The translations under genes and the position numbers were made by a program. From contig CAXTGN010000001.1 of the NCBI GenBank assembly GCA_964243455.1, forward strand, positions 1-61,126: a stretch of 61,126 bases of DNA. The letters are read 5' to 3'. The first letter of the stretch is position 1. Every line of letters starts with the position of its first letter. Below, in pieces: positions 18,497 through 28,429 of the stretch. Under the pieces are notes generated by a model. It saw nothing but the letters and a program-made list of their open reading frames with translations. It was not told the DNA's origin and did no database searches. Source of the DNA: an uncultured Acidobacteriaceae bacterium. GTDB lineage: Bacteria > Acidobacteriota > Terriglobia > Terriglobales > Acidobacteriaceae.

Positions 18497-21400
18497 TCAC
18501 GCGCTTAACCCCGCACCTTGACGCTCGGCAGCACGCGGCCTCTCCGCCATCCGCGCATCCTGCGCCACCAGCTCTTGCAGCCCCGCCGTCCCCAGCGCCG
18601 CCCGTGTCGCGGCCCTGCCGTGGCTGGCCTCGTAGTCGTTCCAGTCCGTGCCCTTGCCCTTGGCCGCCTGGCCGGCAGCCGCCTCGGGCAGCAGCACCCG
18701 GCCGCCGACTGCCGCGGCGGCGGCCTCCGCCTTCTCGCGGCCGGCGTTCGGCAGCGGCTTGGCCCGCAGCGGCAGGTGGTGGTCGTTGTCGGCCGCCAGG
18801 TAGATCGGCCGCCCCGGGTCCTGGTCGCGCAGCGCCGTCGCCACCGCCACCAGGTTGCTCGTGTCCAGCGCCACTGCCACCGCCATGCCCGTGGCACGGT
18901 GGACGGTCGCGCCCGTGGCGTAGCCCTCCGCGACGATCACTGGTTTCCCCGGCCGCAGCTCGCCCAGCAGGTGGAAGGTGCCCATCTTCTGCGCGCCACC
19001 CAGGTAGAGCTTGGTTCCATCTTCGGCGATGGTCTGCACGTTGCGGACCTCGCCATGCACGTCATGCAGCGGCACCAAAAGGCGGCCGGAGATGCTGGCG
19101 TTCCTTGTCGTCCCCCCGGCGATCTGCACCGGTACGGTCTGCCCCGACACTGCCAAATACAGGCCGTGCGCCTCGATCCCCTTGGCAGCGAGGTAGGTGT
19201 GCGATGCATCGGCAAGCTTGGCGCCGGCAAGGAGTTGCACTGCAAGCCGTGCCCCCGCTTCCTCGCGTGCTACACGCTCGCGCTCACGCTCGGCCGCCTG
19301 CGCCTCCACCCGCGCAGCCAACGCCGCCTGGTCCGCCGCGGACACCAGCACCATCTCGCCCTCCGCCTTCCAGGTGCCGACGAACCCACCCTGGCGCCAG
19401 TTATAGATCGCGCCCGCCGGCCGCCCTTCGTCGTAGAACCCCCGGTAGGCGCCGGACTTCTCGCGCCCCTTGTTGCCCTCCACGGCGACATAGCGGAGCT
19501 TGCCATCCAGGATCGGCAGGCCCTGCGGTTTAAGGCCATGGACGCGCATCGCGTCGGCAAACTGCTGCTGCGCCTCCCACTCCCCGATCTTGACCCGCCG
19601 CGCCTGGGCGGGCCGCGGCATCGGCGGCTTGGCCCGTGGCGCGCGTATTTCCGGCCCTGCCTGCGATGCCGTCGCAACCTGCACTGGCGGCGCTTCCCGT
19701 GCCACCCGCGCCGACTCCTGGCGCGGCAGCTCCGACAGTGTCCGGGCCTTGCCAGCCGTCGCGGCCCGGCGGGGCACCTTCGGCACCGCCTCTGGCGCGC
19801 GTGCCCGCCGCCCTGCCGACGGTGCCGGTGCGACCTTCGCGGGCTTCTGCTGCGGCAGCTCCGGCAGGGTCCGGGCCGGACCTGCCGCGGCGGCCTGGCG
19901 GGATGTCTTCGGCGCAACCTCCTTGGGGCTAAGCGCAGCGATGCGGGCCATGACGGGCGCCCGCTGCCGGGCCGCCTCGTCCAGTCGCTCAATCACCCGC
20001 GGCAGCGCCTGCCGCACCTGACGCTCCCCGAAGGTGCGCCGCAGCGTCGTCGCCTGCTCGCCCGCCGCTGCGCGGGCCTCCGACTTGCGTAGCCCCGCCT
20101 GCAATGACCGGGCTGCCTGCTTCGTCTCGGCCGCGGCGCCCTCCAGGAACGCGAGCGCACTTTCTTTCAGAGACTGGCGTTCCAGGTTCCGCGTCACGTT
20201 GGCCCATGCCTCCCGCCGCGTCTCCTCGGCCGTGTCCGGCGCCGGCAGCCCCATGGGCCGGCGTGTCAGGGCCTCGCCCATCTCGGCACCCATGCTGCCC
20301 ACCATCCAGGACCGCACGCGGTGCCGGCTTTCGGCGACGTAGGCGGAGAAGCCCTGCGCTGCCTTCGAGCCGGACGGCAGCGCGTTGATGTGCTCATCGG
20401 ATGTTATGCCTTGGGAGCTGTCGATGGTGCCGGCGTCGCCATAGGTCAGCCGGATGCGGCCGGTGCCCTCGCGGTCGCGCAACGCCTCCCACGACACGAA
20501 GCCCACCTTGCCGCTCTCGCCCCGCAGCTCCAGCCCCTCCGCCGGCAGGACCCGCGCCACCCGCAGCACGGTGCCGTTGTCCCCGATGTTGGCGCTCTTG
20601 CGCCGGCCCTGCTCGTCGGTGAACACGGCACGGGTGCGCGCGAACAGCCGCACCTTGTCGCCCTCGGCCAGGGGCAGGGCGTAGGCCCCTCCCCTGCCGT
20701 CCGTCGCCTGCGCGGTCACGCGGTCCTGGCCCAGCTCGCCCATGGCCCGGCGCTCGTCGCGCACCGCCCGGCTGATCTCGCGGGCATCGGCGTTGGTCGG
20801 GGCGCTAATGGTCACGGTGTAGGCGGGATCGTCGCGGTTCGCCTCGCGCCGCTCCCGGTACAGCACCGCCACGCGCCGCACCGCCTCGCGGTATCCGCCC
20901 TCGACCAACTCGGCCGAACCATTGGCGATCTTGAGCTGGATGGCCTTGCCAGCCTCGCCGGACCGGAACAGGCCGGCGATGTGGCGCTTCTCCTCCGTCC
21001 TCTGCCGCACGGTGCTGAGGATCTCCGGTATGCGCTCCTCGCCCAGCGCCCGGCGCAGCAACTGGATCACCGGCCCGGCCTCGATGGATTGGTTCTGCCG
21101 GTCGTCGCCAGCCGCCACCACCTTGAACCCGTGCTGCTCCCGCAACCGCAGCAGATGCAGGAACTGGCGCGTGCCGATCTGCCCCAGCTCGTCCAGCACC
21201 ACCACGCTACTCTTGCCCAGCTTGATGGTTCCCGCCTCCACCCCGTCCAGGAAGGGTTGCAGGGCGCGGGTGTTGGTCCCTGCAACGCCAGCCTCCCGCA
21301 AGTCCCTTGCCTGCCGCCAGGCCAGCGCCGTCCCCCACACCTCATAGCCCCGCGTCTGCCAGGCCGCGACCAAGGGCGGCAGCACGCGCGTTGTCTTGCC

Positions 21401-23008
21401 GGTGCCGGCCACGCCGATCACCACGCCCAAACCGCCATCCGTGCCCAATGTCTCAAGCGCCCGGCGCTGCACGTCGCCATGCGCCCCGTCGTAGGCCAGG
21501 CCGCTCCGTCCCACGGCCGCGGCGATCTCGGCCGGCGCCAGGGACAGGGTGCGGTCGGCCGCCGCGCCGCGCGCCAGCCCGACCAGCTCGGTTTCCTGGT
21601 CGCGGTGCAGCTCGGTCGTGATGCGGACCCGGTGCTTGTCCACCTGGCGCCACAACAGCCCCGTGCGCCGCCCGTCCTGCTGTACGCCGTCGCGCGCCCA
21701 TGCCTTCGTCAATGCGCCGATGTCGTCCGTGCTCTCGATGCCGGCGGCAATCAGACCGCGGGCTGCGGCCAGGCGCACGTCGCCGCCGCCGATCACCGCG
21801 CGCTTGCCCAGCGCGTCGGCCAGCAGCGGCGCCGCCACCTGGTCGGCGTGCGCCATGCGCTCCGCTCGGCTGCGCTCGGCCGCCGGCAGGCCAGAAGCGA
21901 CGACGCTTCGGTGCTCCCAGCCCAGCCGCGCCGCCTGCGCCCGCCATGCGTCCACATCGGACAGGTCATCCCCCTTGCCCCGCCGCGTCGCGTGCGCGCC
22001 GCCTTTCAGGAAGTCCACCCGGCCCTGCGGGGACAGCGCATCCCAATCCAGCCCTCGCCGGTCAGCCTCGGCGCGGGCCGCACCCTCGGCGTCACGGGTG
22101 CGCTTGCTGAACTCCTCCACCGCCTCGTCCGGGATGGCCGGCAGCTTTGCCATCTGCGTGCGCTCGTCCAACACCACCTCGGCGCCGATCGCGCGCAACT
22201 CCGTGGCCAGCAACGCTTGGTACACCGCCCCGAACTCGTGGATGCGCCCGTCGAACAGGTCGCGGTTGATGGACACCACGCGCCCGCTGTCCGTCACCAT
22301 GAGGTTGGGCATGATGCAGTGGGTATGAAGCTGCGGGTCGCCGGCAACCTTCAAGCTGTGCAGCTCGGTGTCCACCACCCCCGTCACTGGGTCGGACCGG
22401 GTGACTGCGACCGTGGGCCGGGACGTGAAGTGGTCGGCCGTGATCCAGGCCAGGTGCCCGCGCTCCTCGCCCTCGCGCCCACCGTGGCCGAACCCTGCCT
22501 TGCCAACCTCCCTCTCGATATAGCGCAAGGTCGCATCCCGCGCGTCTCGGTGCGCCTGCAAGATGGAGTTGCGCTCCGCGTCCGTCTCGGCGAACGCCCA
22601 TGCGAGGCTGACGGACTTCGGCGCCGAAAAGGTCAGGTCCATGTAGCTGATGCGTGCGCGGTCCTGCCCTCCCCCTTCCCCGGCCTGGTAGGTCGTCACG
22701 CCGCGCTGGTGCCCCGGCAGCTCCCCGCCATCCGCCCGGCGCCCGCCCAGCACGTTCGCCAACTCCTCCTCGTTCAGCATCTGCCCCGGCTTGATGCCCA
22801 GGGCAGCAGCAACAGCCGGGTGCATGTCGGCCCGCGGCGTCGGCACGCACCCCATGCCCTGGGCCAGCGCCTCGTCCGTGCCGTGGCCCCCGGCGTAGTA
22901 CTCGGCAATCTGCATCTGCTCGGCCGGCAGCGTGTGTTCCAAGAGGTGCTTGGCCATCGCCAGGGCGGCCGATGGCGCACCTGCGGCGCCGGTCCGGTAG
23001 GTCAGCAC
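18497..23008 (-). CDS. MOBF (TrwC-like) relaxase-helicase fused to a C-terminal TOPRIM primase
   Basis: EYY, DLTFSAPKSVS, HFTSR and GDPQLHTH relaxase motifs; GVAGTGKT and VLDE helicase motifs; AEGYATG and AADND TOPRIM motifs. Confidence 0.93.
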   Translation of the reverse strand: MLTYRTGAAGAPSAALAMAKHLLEHTLPAEQMQIAEYYAGGHGTDEALAQGMGCVPTPRADMHPAVAAALGIKPGQMLNEEELANVLGGRRADGGELPGHQRGVTTYQAGEGGGQDRARISYMDLTFSAPKSVSLAWAFAETDAERNSILQAHRDARDATLRYIEREVGKAGFGHGGREGEERGHLAWITADHFTSRPTVAVTRSDPVTGVVDTELHSLKVAGDPQLHTHCIMPNLMVTDSGRVVSINRDLFDGRIHEFGAVYQALLATELRAIGAEVVLDERTQMAKLPAIPDEAVEEFSKRTRDAEGAARAEADRRGLDWDALSPQGRVDFLKGGAHATRRGKGDDLSDVDAWRAQAARLGWEHRSVVASGLPAAERSRAERMAHADQVAAPLLADALGKRAVIGGGDVRLAAARGLIAAGIESTDDIGALTKAWARDGVQQDGRRTGLLWRQVDKHRVRITTELHRDQETELVGLARGAAADRTLSLAPAEIAAAVGRSGLAYDGAHGDVQRRALETLGTDGGLGVVIGVAGTGKTTRVLPPLVAAWQTRGYEVWGTALAWRQARDLREAGVAGTNTRALQPFLDGVEAGTIKLGKSSVVVLDELGQIGTRQFLHLLRLREQHGFKVVAAGDDRQNQSIEAGPVIQLLRRALGEERIPEILSTVRQRTEEKRHIAGLFRSGEAGKAIQLKIANGSAELVEGGYREAVRRVAVLYRERREANRDDPAYTVTISAPTNADAREISRAVRDERRAMGELGQDRVTAQATDGRGGAYALPLAEGDKVRLFARTRAVFTDEQGRRKSANIGDNGTVLRVARVLPAEGLELRGESGKVGFVSWEALRDREGTGRIRLTYGDAGTIDSSQGITSDEHINALPSGSKAAQGFSAYVAESRHRVRSWMVGSMGAEMGEALTRRPMGLPAPDTAEETRREAWANVTRNLERQSLKESALAFLEGAAAETKQAARSLQAGLRKSEARAAAGEQATTLRRTFGERQVRQALPRVIERLDEAARQRAPVMARIAALSPKEVAPKTSRQAAAAGPARTLPELPQQKPAKVAPAPSAGRRARAPEAVPKVPRRAATAGKARTLSELPRQESARVAREAPPVQVATASQAGPEIRAPRAKPPMPRPAQARRVKIGEWEAQQQFADAMRVHGLKPQGLPILDGKLRYVAVEGNKGREKSGAYRGFYDEGRPAGAIYNWRQGGFVGTWKAEGEMVLVSAADQAALAARVEAQAAERERERVAREEAGARLAVQLLAGAKLADASHTYLAAKGIEAHGLYLAVSGQTVPVQIAGGTTRNASISGRLLVPLHDVHGEVRNVQTIAEDGTKLYLGGAQKMGTFHLLGELRPGKPVIVAEGYATGATVHRATGMAVAVALDTSNLVAVATALRDQDPGRPIYLAADNDHHLPLRAKPLPNAGREKAEAAAAAVGGRVLLPEAAAGQAAKGKGTDWNDYEASHGRAATRAALGTAGLQELVAQDARMAERPRAAERQGAGLSA

Positions 23009-23012
23009 GGCG

Positions 23013-23411
23013 CTAGGAGGCGCCTGCCTGGCCGTTGCCGGGCGGCTCGTCCGGCAGGTCCGCCCCCTCGCCCACGGCCATGCGTACGCCGTCGATGGCG
23101 GCGGCCTCCACCTGGCCGGGCAGGCGCTGCAACGTCACCCGTATTTGCGACAGGTCGGCCGTCTGCTGGGTCAAGGCGGTTTCAATGCGCTGGATCAGCT
23201 TGGCCATCTCGCCATCGTCGCCCGGCCCGTCGCTGGCCGCCTCCAACACCCGTTGCAGCATCTCCCGTTGCGTGCCCAGCAGCGGCACCAGCTCCCGCAC
23301 GCCCTGCACCAGCATGGACAGAACCAGCTCGTGTTCAGCCATGGCCCGCTTCTGGTCGTCCTGCCCGGCAAGGATGCGGTCTAGTTTCAGGTGTAGGTCA
23401 GCCTCCGCCAT
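23013..23411 (-). CDS. Probable relaxosome accessory (coiled-coil) protein
   Basis: GGAGG RBS; ends 4 nt before the relaxase start. Confidence 0.7.
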   Translation of the reverse strand: MAEADLHLKLDRILAGQDDQKRAMAEHELVLSMLVQGVRELVPLLGTQREMLQRVLEAASDGPGDDGEMAKLIQRIETALTQQTADLSQIRVTLQRLPGQVEAAAIDGVRMAVGEGADLPDEPPGNGQAGAS

Positions 23412-23429
23412 CGTGCCTCCAGCAGCCAG

Positions 23430-23660
23430 AGTGCGCCAGTTTACCGCACCAGCATGGTGCGACAAGAACCGCGTGAGCGGTCACTTGGTCTGTAAAAGCT
23501 TATTACGTTTTGCAGATGGGGCTAAGGTGGGGCTAAGGTGCGCCAGGAGTGGGGCTAAGATGCGCTAGAGATGGGGCTAAGGCGGGGCTAAGCTGCACCC
23601 ATGATCTGCGCCACATCATGGGTCGGACAGGCCAGGAACCGAAACTGTGGGGGTTGGGTC
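23430..23660. promoter_or_regulatory. Probable oriT region
   Basis: Between the divergent relaxase and stb-like operons. Contains IR ACCCATGAT/ATCATGGGT (23597-23623) and an imperfect IR at 23489-23516. The nic site was not identified. Confidence 0.55.
23518..23594. repeat. Seven tandem 11-bp units (five with GGGGCTAAG), stbDR-like array in the oriT region
   Basis: Units start at 23518, 23529, 23540, 23551, 23562, 23573 and 23584. Confidence 0.85.
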
Positions 23661-23663
23661 AAG

Positions 23664-24170
23664 GTGTCAGGGGAGAGGGAGGATGGTGGGGAGGATGCGA
23701 GTTTGCAGGAAATCCTATCCCTCGCCCTCGTCCCCACTGCAAAGCGAACGTTCCAACGCTCGCCGCTCTACGATTGGCTATGGACACGGCACGACACACT
23801 CGCGGCAGCCCTCAACCCGCCGCGATTGCCCAACTGGAATCTGATGGCGGAGGGCTTTGCAAAGCAGGGCATCATGGACGGCAAGGGGCAGCCGCCCACG
23901 CCTACCGTCGTCCGCAAGACCTGGGGGAAGGTCAACCAGGCCAAGGGGGTTCGGCTGCGGCAGCAGCGGGGCAAGAACCCGGCCGCTGGTGCCGCCCCCT
24001 CCGCCGCTCAAGCCCATGCCACTCCGCCGACGCCAGCCACCACGCCGACGCCTGCCCAGCTACCGCCCGGCATCAAGCCGGTGGAGCCGGACCCCCCCGA
24101 AGGCCGGTATCAGTTCCGGCTGGCGGGCGGTCCCAAGATTTGGACTAAAGACGAACCCAAGCCCGAATAG
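23664..24170 (+). CDS. StbA-like DNA-binding protein (start uncertain)
   Basis: RSPLYDWLW...PNWNLMAEGF...TVVRKTW helical domain with a Pro-rich tail; first gene after the repeat array. Confidence 0.55.
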   Translation: MSGEREDGGEDASLQEILSLALVPTAKRTFQRSPLYDWLWTRHDTLAAALNPPRLPNWNLMAEGFAKQGIMDGKGQPPTPTVVRKTWGKVNQAKGVRLRQQRGKNPAAGAAPSAAQAHATPPTPATTPTPAQLPPGIKPVEPDPPEGRYQFRLAGGPKIWTKDEPKPE

Positions 24171-24181
24171 GAGCAGCCGTC

Positions 24182-25090
24182 ATGGCCCAGCAGAAGACCC
24201 CTACCGACCAGCCGGTGAACCTGTCCGCGATGTTCCGCAGCAAGCGGGTGGTTGACGATGACGCGGTGGAGCTTTCGCTTCCGTCCGTCACGGAACGGAT
24301 GGTCATGCCGAAGCCGGGCAAGCCCGCCATCGACCTCTCCATGCAGGCGAAGCTGTGGCTGCTCATAGGGCCTGGGGGCGGCGGCAAGACGCTGCTTGCG
24401 CGCTGGCTTGGGGACAAGATGAAGCAGGCGGGCGCACTGCAAACCTCCATGCTCGCGGCCCTCGATCCCACCAACCGGACGCTCGCCGACTTCTTCGAGG
24501 TCGTGGAACAGCCGCCATCCGCCAACCCGGCCCGCGTCACGACATGGCTGCACGAGCTGCTGACCTTCGTAGCAAAGCAGCGGGTCGGCGGGATCGTGGA
24601 CTTCGGCGGCAACAACACGAGCCTCATGGCCACCATCGAAACGATGCCAACGTTCGCCGACGCCTTGGACGAAGGCGGCGTGGCGGCTGTGGCGGCATAC
24701 CTGCTCTCGCCGCGGGTAGACGACCTGACGCTGCTGGCGGGGTTTGAAAAGAGCGGCTTTCAGCCAAAGGCTACGGCGCTGATCCTCAACCTCGGCCGCG
24801 CGGAGTCGCAAGAGGACTTCGATGCTGTGCGGCGTCACCCGGCCTACAAGGCAGCCCTTGCACGCGGCGCGGTGGAGCTGTGGCTTCCCAAGCTGATGCC
24901 GCAAAGCCTGGCGTTGGAGATCGAGCGCAAGCGGATGTACTTCTCGGCCGCTCGGGACGGCGTCACCACGGAAGGCCATAGCCCCGCGGACATCAGCCTG
25001 CTTGAACGGGTGATGATCCGGGAATGGCTGCAACTGATGGATCAGTCGTTCGCGCCCATCAGCACCTGGCTGCCCTGGGCCGCGCCATGA
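24182..25090 (+). CDS. StbB/ParA-like P-loop ATPase
   Basis: GPGGGGKT, DPTN and IVDFGG; AGGAG RBS. Confidence 0.75.
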   Translation: MAQQKTPTDQPVNLSAMFRSKRVVDDDAVELSLPSVTERMVMPKPGKPAIDLSMQAKLWLLIGPGGGGKTLLARWLGDKMKQAGALQTSMLAALDPTNRTLADFFEVVEQPPSANPARVTTWLHELLTFVAKQRVGGIVDFGGNNTSLMATIETMPTFADALDEGGVAAVAAYLLSPRVDDLTLLAGFEKSGFQPKATALILNLGRAESQEDFDAVRRHPAYKAALARGAVELWLPKLMPQSLALEIERKRMYFSAARDGVTTEGHSPADISLLERVMIREWLQLMDQSFAPISTWLPWAAP

Positions 25091-25833
25091 GCCTGGTGCC
25101 CTTCACCCGGCGCATAGTGACGAACAGGGCTAGGGATCGGACGGCAGGCGCGGCCTCCTCGGCATCCGAGGATGGAGCCGCGCCGAAGTCGGCAGGCCAG
25201 GTGTCCGCCCCCGCCCCTGCCGGTGCCGCGGTGTCCAATGCTGGCGAGCTGGAAGCCGCGGTGGCCGAAGCGCAAGCCAAGCTCGCCCTCGCGGGCGAAG
25301 CGGCGGAGATGCGGCGCGACCCATACCAACTCGTCCTCGCCGGGCTTTCCCTCACGCTCGGAGCGCTTCCGCGCACCGTCCGGCGCTGGGAGGAAGCGGT
25401 TCAAGCGGTGATCGCCGCGCGCCATCCCCTGACGCAAGAGGAACGCGCGGACCTGGCCCGTGCGCTGGTGGAGGCTACCGAGAAAGGGGCCTTTGAGGGC
25501 ACGCGCAAGGAAGCCGCGCGCATGATCCGCCGGCTGGACCACGGCCTTTCCGTCCGCATGGGCCTCTGGGTTGGCGCTGCCTTCGTGGCCGGCAGCGTGC
25601 TGACGGTCGGCGCCCTCGCCTATTTCACCGGCGGCCCATTCCGCCCGGACGTGGAGGCTGGTTCCGCCTGGCGCGACCTGGTGGTGAACAATCCCGATCC
25701 CCGCCCGGCCCTGGGCAAGGGAGAGGTGCGGACGGACCGCAACACGGGGCGGCGCTACTATGCCGGCGTGTCGCTGTGGCTTGACCCGTCAGGCCCGCCG
25801 CCTGTAACGCCACCGAAGCAAGGGGGCCAGTGA
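25087..25833 (+). CDS. Hypothetical membrane-anchored protein (stbC position)
   Basis: ATGA overlap; one TM segment. Confidence 0.65.
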   Translation: MSLVPFTRRIVTNRARDRTAGAASSASEDGAAPKSAGQVSAPAPAGAAVSNAGELEAAVAEAQAKLALAGEAAEMRRDPYQLVLAGLSLTLGALPRTVRRWEEAVQAVIAARHPLTQEERADLARALVEATEKGAFEGTRKEAARMIRRLDHGLSVRMGLWVGAAFVAGSVLTVGALAYFTGGPFRPDVEAGSAWRDLVVNNPDPRPALGKGEVRTDRNTGRRYYAGVSLWLDPSGPPPVTPPKQGGQ

Positions 25834-26063
25834 TGCCCGTTTTCCTCGTAGAGTTCCGTCCCCTTCGCACGCTGCTATTCATATTCGCTTGCAGCGTCCT
25901 CATGGGTGCCCGGCACGGCGACCCGCGCGGCGTCTTCATCGCCGCAGTGGTCTTCGCGCCGTTCTACTGGCGTCCCCTGCTGGACGCCATCAGGTGGTCC
26001 ATGGAAGCTGCCAGAGAGGTGGTGCTTTTCGTGGAGTGGGCGTGGGACAGGCTCGCCAGGTAG
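25830..26063 (+). CDS. Small membrane protein
   Basis: GTGA overlap; two hydrophobic segments. Confidence 0.5.
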   Translation: MMPVFLVEFRPLRTLLFIFACSVLMGARHGDPRGVFIAAVVFAPFYWRPLLDAIRWSMEAAREVVLFVEWAWDRLAR

Positions 26064-26510
26064 CCTCCGCCCAGCCCGTGGAGCTGGGTGCGCCCGGTGG
26101 AAGGCGGCCAGGACCTCAAGCCAGGCGGCAACATCGGCCGGCACTGGCGAGCTGCTGGCCACCCAGCGCCGCACCGTCGTTTGCAGGCGGCCCGTCCGCC
26201 GCGCCAGCTCGCGTTCCGACCATCCCAGCACCGCGAGGCAGACAAGCAGCCGATGGGACGACATCGGCACCGTCGCAGCGCCAGGCTCCGCGCCAGCTCG
26301 GCAGCTTCCCACGTCGGATGCTGGCCGGGTGTGTTCGTTCTGAACACATGCTGATGACCGCTCTGCCCCATAGAGAGAAGCCATGTGTTCACTTTGAACA
26401 CGTGGCTTCTCTGCCATAGCAACGCCGGAAAGCGTCAGGGGCTTGGGTTCACCCTTGTAGACATCGCCTGCAAGGTACTCGATCAGGTCTATCTGCTCGG
26501 GCTGGCTCAT
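25875..26510 (-). CDS. XRE-like HTH protein
   Basis: LGWSERELARRTG..TVRRW...PVPADVAAWLE; paralogous to 29947-30345. The 3' end overlaps an opposite-strand ORF. Confidence 0.6.
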   Translation of the reverse strand: MSQPEQIDLIEYLAGDVYKGEPKPLTLSGVAMAEKPRVQSEHMASLYGAERSSACVQNEHTRPASDVGSCRAGAEPGAATVPMSSHRLLVCLAVLGWSERELARRTGRLQTTVRRWVASSSPVPADVAAWLEVLAAFHRAHPAPRAGRRLPGEPVPRPLHEKHHLSGSFHGPPDGVQQGTPVERREDHCGDEDAARVAVPGTHEDAASEYE

Positions 26511-26517
26511 GCCCCCT

Positions 26518-27186
26518 CTACGCGCTTGCTCTGGCCTGCGGCGGAACGCGGGGCGCCGCCTCGATCCCGGACAGCTCCGCCGGGTCGATGCCGGCACGCG
26601 CCAGGACCTCGACGGCCAGGCCGCGCGCCGCAGTCGCCACGTCGTAGGCGGAAGCCATGTAGCCGTCCTCTCCTTCGCCCATGAAGCTGTCCAGCTTGGG
26701 CAGGTGCGGGAACGGCGGCAGCCGTCGATGCTCGGGGATGTCGGCCAGCCATCGCCGGGCACGTTTGATGGTGCCTGGATGGCGCGGCCAGTCCATCGGC
26801 AGGGCAACCGCCTCCGGCAGCCGCAGCAGGTTGTCTCGCGCCCGCTCCGCATCGTGCGCGGCCGGGCGGAAGGGCAGCACGGCAAGGTCTGCCACCTCTG
26901 CCACAAGCGCGTCCAGCTCGGGACGCGCGGCAGCGCCGTCCACCACGATCAGCAAGTGTTCCACGCCCAGCAGGCGCTTCATCTGGCCGAATAGCCCGGC
27001 TTTGGTGCGTGCATCCTCGATCACGTAGCGGCGCCGGTCGATGCGTGGGCGCTCCTCCGGGTCCGTCGTCAGCAGGACCGTCATCACGGGGCGCGGGAGG
27101 GAACCGCAGCCGTGCGCGATCAGGTGGGCCGCAGTGCTCTTGCCGCTGCCGCCCTTGCTCCCGACGATGGCAATGACCTTAGCCAC
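26518..27186 (-). CDS. parA: Short ParA-family ATPase
   Basis: KGGSGKST and IVVDGAA; likely GTG start overlapping the upstream stop codon. Confidence 0.8.
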   Translation of the reverse strand: MAKVIAIVGSKGGSGKSTAAHLIAHGCGSLPRPVMTVLLTTDPEERPRIDRRRYVIEDARTKAGLFGQMKRLLGVEHLLIVVDGAAARPELDALVAEVADLAVLPFRPAAHDAERARDNLLRLPEAVALPMDWPRHPGTIKRARRWLADIPEHRRLPPFPHLPKLDSFMGEGEDGYMASAYDVATAARGLAVEVLARAGIDPAELSGIEAAPRVPPQARASA

Positions 27187-27490
27187 GTCGGCCACCCTTT
27201 GGCGGGGCGTCGTCATCGGGCAGCGGTGGCATTGCCTTCTCCATCACGTCCACGATCACCGCCTGGGTCGTGATGGTGCGCCGCGCCGCTGCCGAGCGTC
27301 GGGCGGCTTCGAGCGCGATCCGCTCGCGCAGCTCGGACGGCAGCCGCAGGTTGACGCTTACCATGTCCTCCTTGGCTGGACGCCCACGCCCGCGGGGCGC
27401 TGGACCTTGCGGGAAGGGGGCGGCCTCCGGCGCAGGCAGGTCCGCCAGGCCCTCCGCCAGCCGGCTGATCTTATCGAGCTTTGATACCAT
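27179..27490 (-). CDS. Ribbon-helix-helix protein (ParG-like partner)
   Basis: MVSVNLRLPSELRERIALEAA. Confidence 0.65.
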   Translation of the reverse strand: MVSKLDKISRLAEGLADLPAPEAAPFPQGPAPRGRGRPAKEDMVSVNLRLPSELRERIALEAARRSAAARRTITTQAVIVDVMEKAMPPLPDDDAPPKGGRRG

Positions 27491-27639
27491 AATACTTACC
27501 AACAATGACGCTTAGCTTTATGAGCACTATTAAATAAGTGTAGCAAGGCATAAGTGTGCCTGTATCGGATGGGTAGCCTGGCCGGGTGCTAGCGTCGGGC
27601 GGGCCAACCACGTCACGGCTCCCACAATTATGCCTTTAT

Positions 27640-27683
27640 TGTCATATGCCGGTATTGACATGATATGCCGGAATGGGCATAGT
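27640..27683 (+). promoter_or_regulatory. Sigma70 promoter and palindromic operator of the TA pair
   Basis: TTGACA (27655)-N17-CATAGT; TGTCA..TGACA and ATGCC..GGCAT inverted repeats. Confidence 0.5.
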
Positions 27684-27689
27684 ATTCTC

Positions 27690-27971
27690 ATGAGCGAAGC
27701 TACCCTGATCGAGAGAAGCAAGCGGATACTAGGGACGGGTGAGATTGTTGAGCGCGTGATCTGGTTCGTGCCCTCGCCGGTTCCTCCGTCCGACCACGAC
27801 TTTAAGTATCGCCTTGTTCTGATCCGCAATGGCGTACGTGTCGTCGGATACGACAACGAGCGCGGCAAGGGGGACCATCGCCACCACCACGGCATTGAGA
27901 CGCCGTATAACTTCGTCAGCATCGAGCGGCTGATCGCCGACTTCGAGGCGGACGTGACACGGGAGACCTGA
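27690..27971 (+). CDS. DUF6516 (TumE-like) toxin
   Basis: IW.VP.PVPPS.H.FKYRL...VVGYDNERGKGDHRH signature. Confidence 0.85.
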   Translation: MSEATLIERSKRILGTGEIVERVIWFVPSPVPPSDHDFKYRLVLIRNGVRVVGYDNERGKGDHRHHHGIETPYNFVSIERLIADFEADVTRET

Positions 27972-27973
27972 AC

Positions 27974-28333
27974 ATGAGCAAGTTGGTGATTACGGTCGGG
28001 GAGACCGTTGAGGCCGCAAACCGGAGGCTGTTTGAGAACGTCCGCCGTGCAAAGGCTGGCGAGCTGGTTGAAGTCGATACCCGCATCAACTTTGCCGATG
28101 CAAAAACGATGTTCACCATGCTCAACGGCAATCGCTTCGATGTGCTGACATTTGTGGCGGACCACCACCCAAAGAGCATCAACGCGATTGCGACCGGGCT
28201 TGGCCGGGGCTACCGCCGCGTACATGAGGACGTGCAAGCCCTGCTCAACCTCGGTCTGATGGACCGGCAGGACGATGGCTCGCTAAGCGTCGGGTTCAAC
28301 CCGCAGATGCTGTCGGTCGAGGTCGCGGCTTAG
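27974..28333 (+). CDS. Cognate HTH antitoxin
   Basis: SINAIATGLGRGYRRVHEDVQALLNLGL winged HTH; starts 2 nt after the toxin. Confidence 0.82.
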   Translation: MSKLVITVGETVEAANRRLFENVRRAKAGELVEVDTRINFADAKTMFTMLNGNRFDVLTFVADHHPKSINAIATGLGRGYRRVHEDVQALLNLGLMDRQDDGSLSVGFNPQMLSVEVAA

Positions 28334-28429
28334 CACCGGGCGCAAGTCACGCCTGACCTTGCGCCGTTACCGCCAAGGCAGCAGCGCGTGGCCTGCGAGG
28401 ACCGCGCCTGGGACTGCTGGCCGTGCTGC

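Noticed and set aside
20321-23476. Long antisense ORFs (also 7776-9809 and 47846-50593)
   Set aside because: Shadow frames of real high-GC genes, with no recognisable motifs.
23518-23594. CRISPR array or replication iterons
   Set aside because: The units are 11 bp with no spacers, there are no cas genes, and the array is far from repC.
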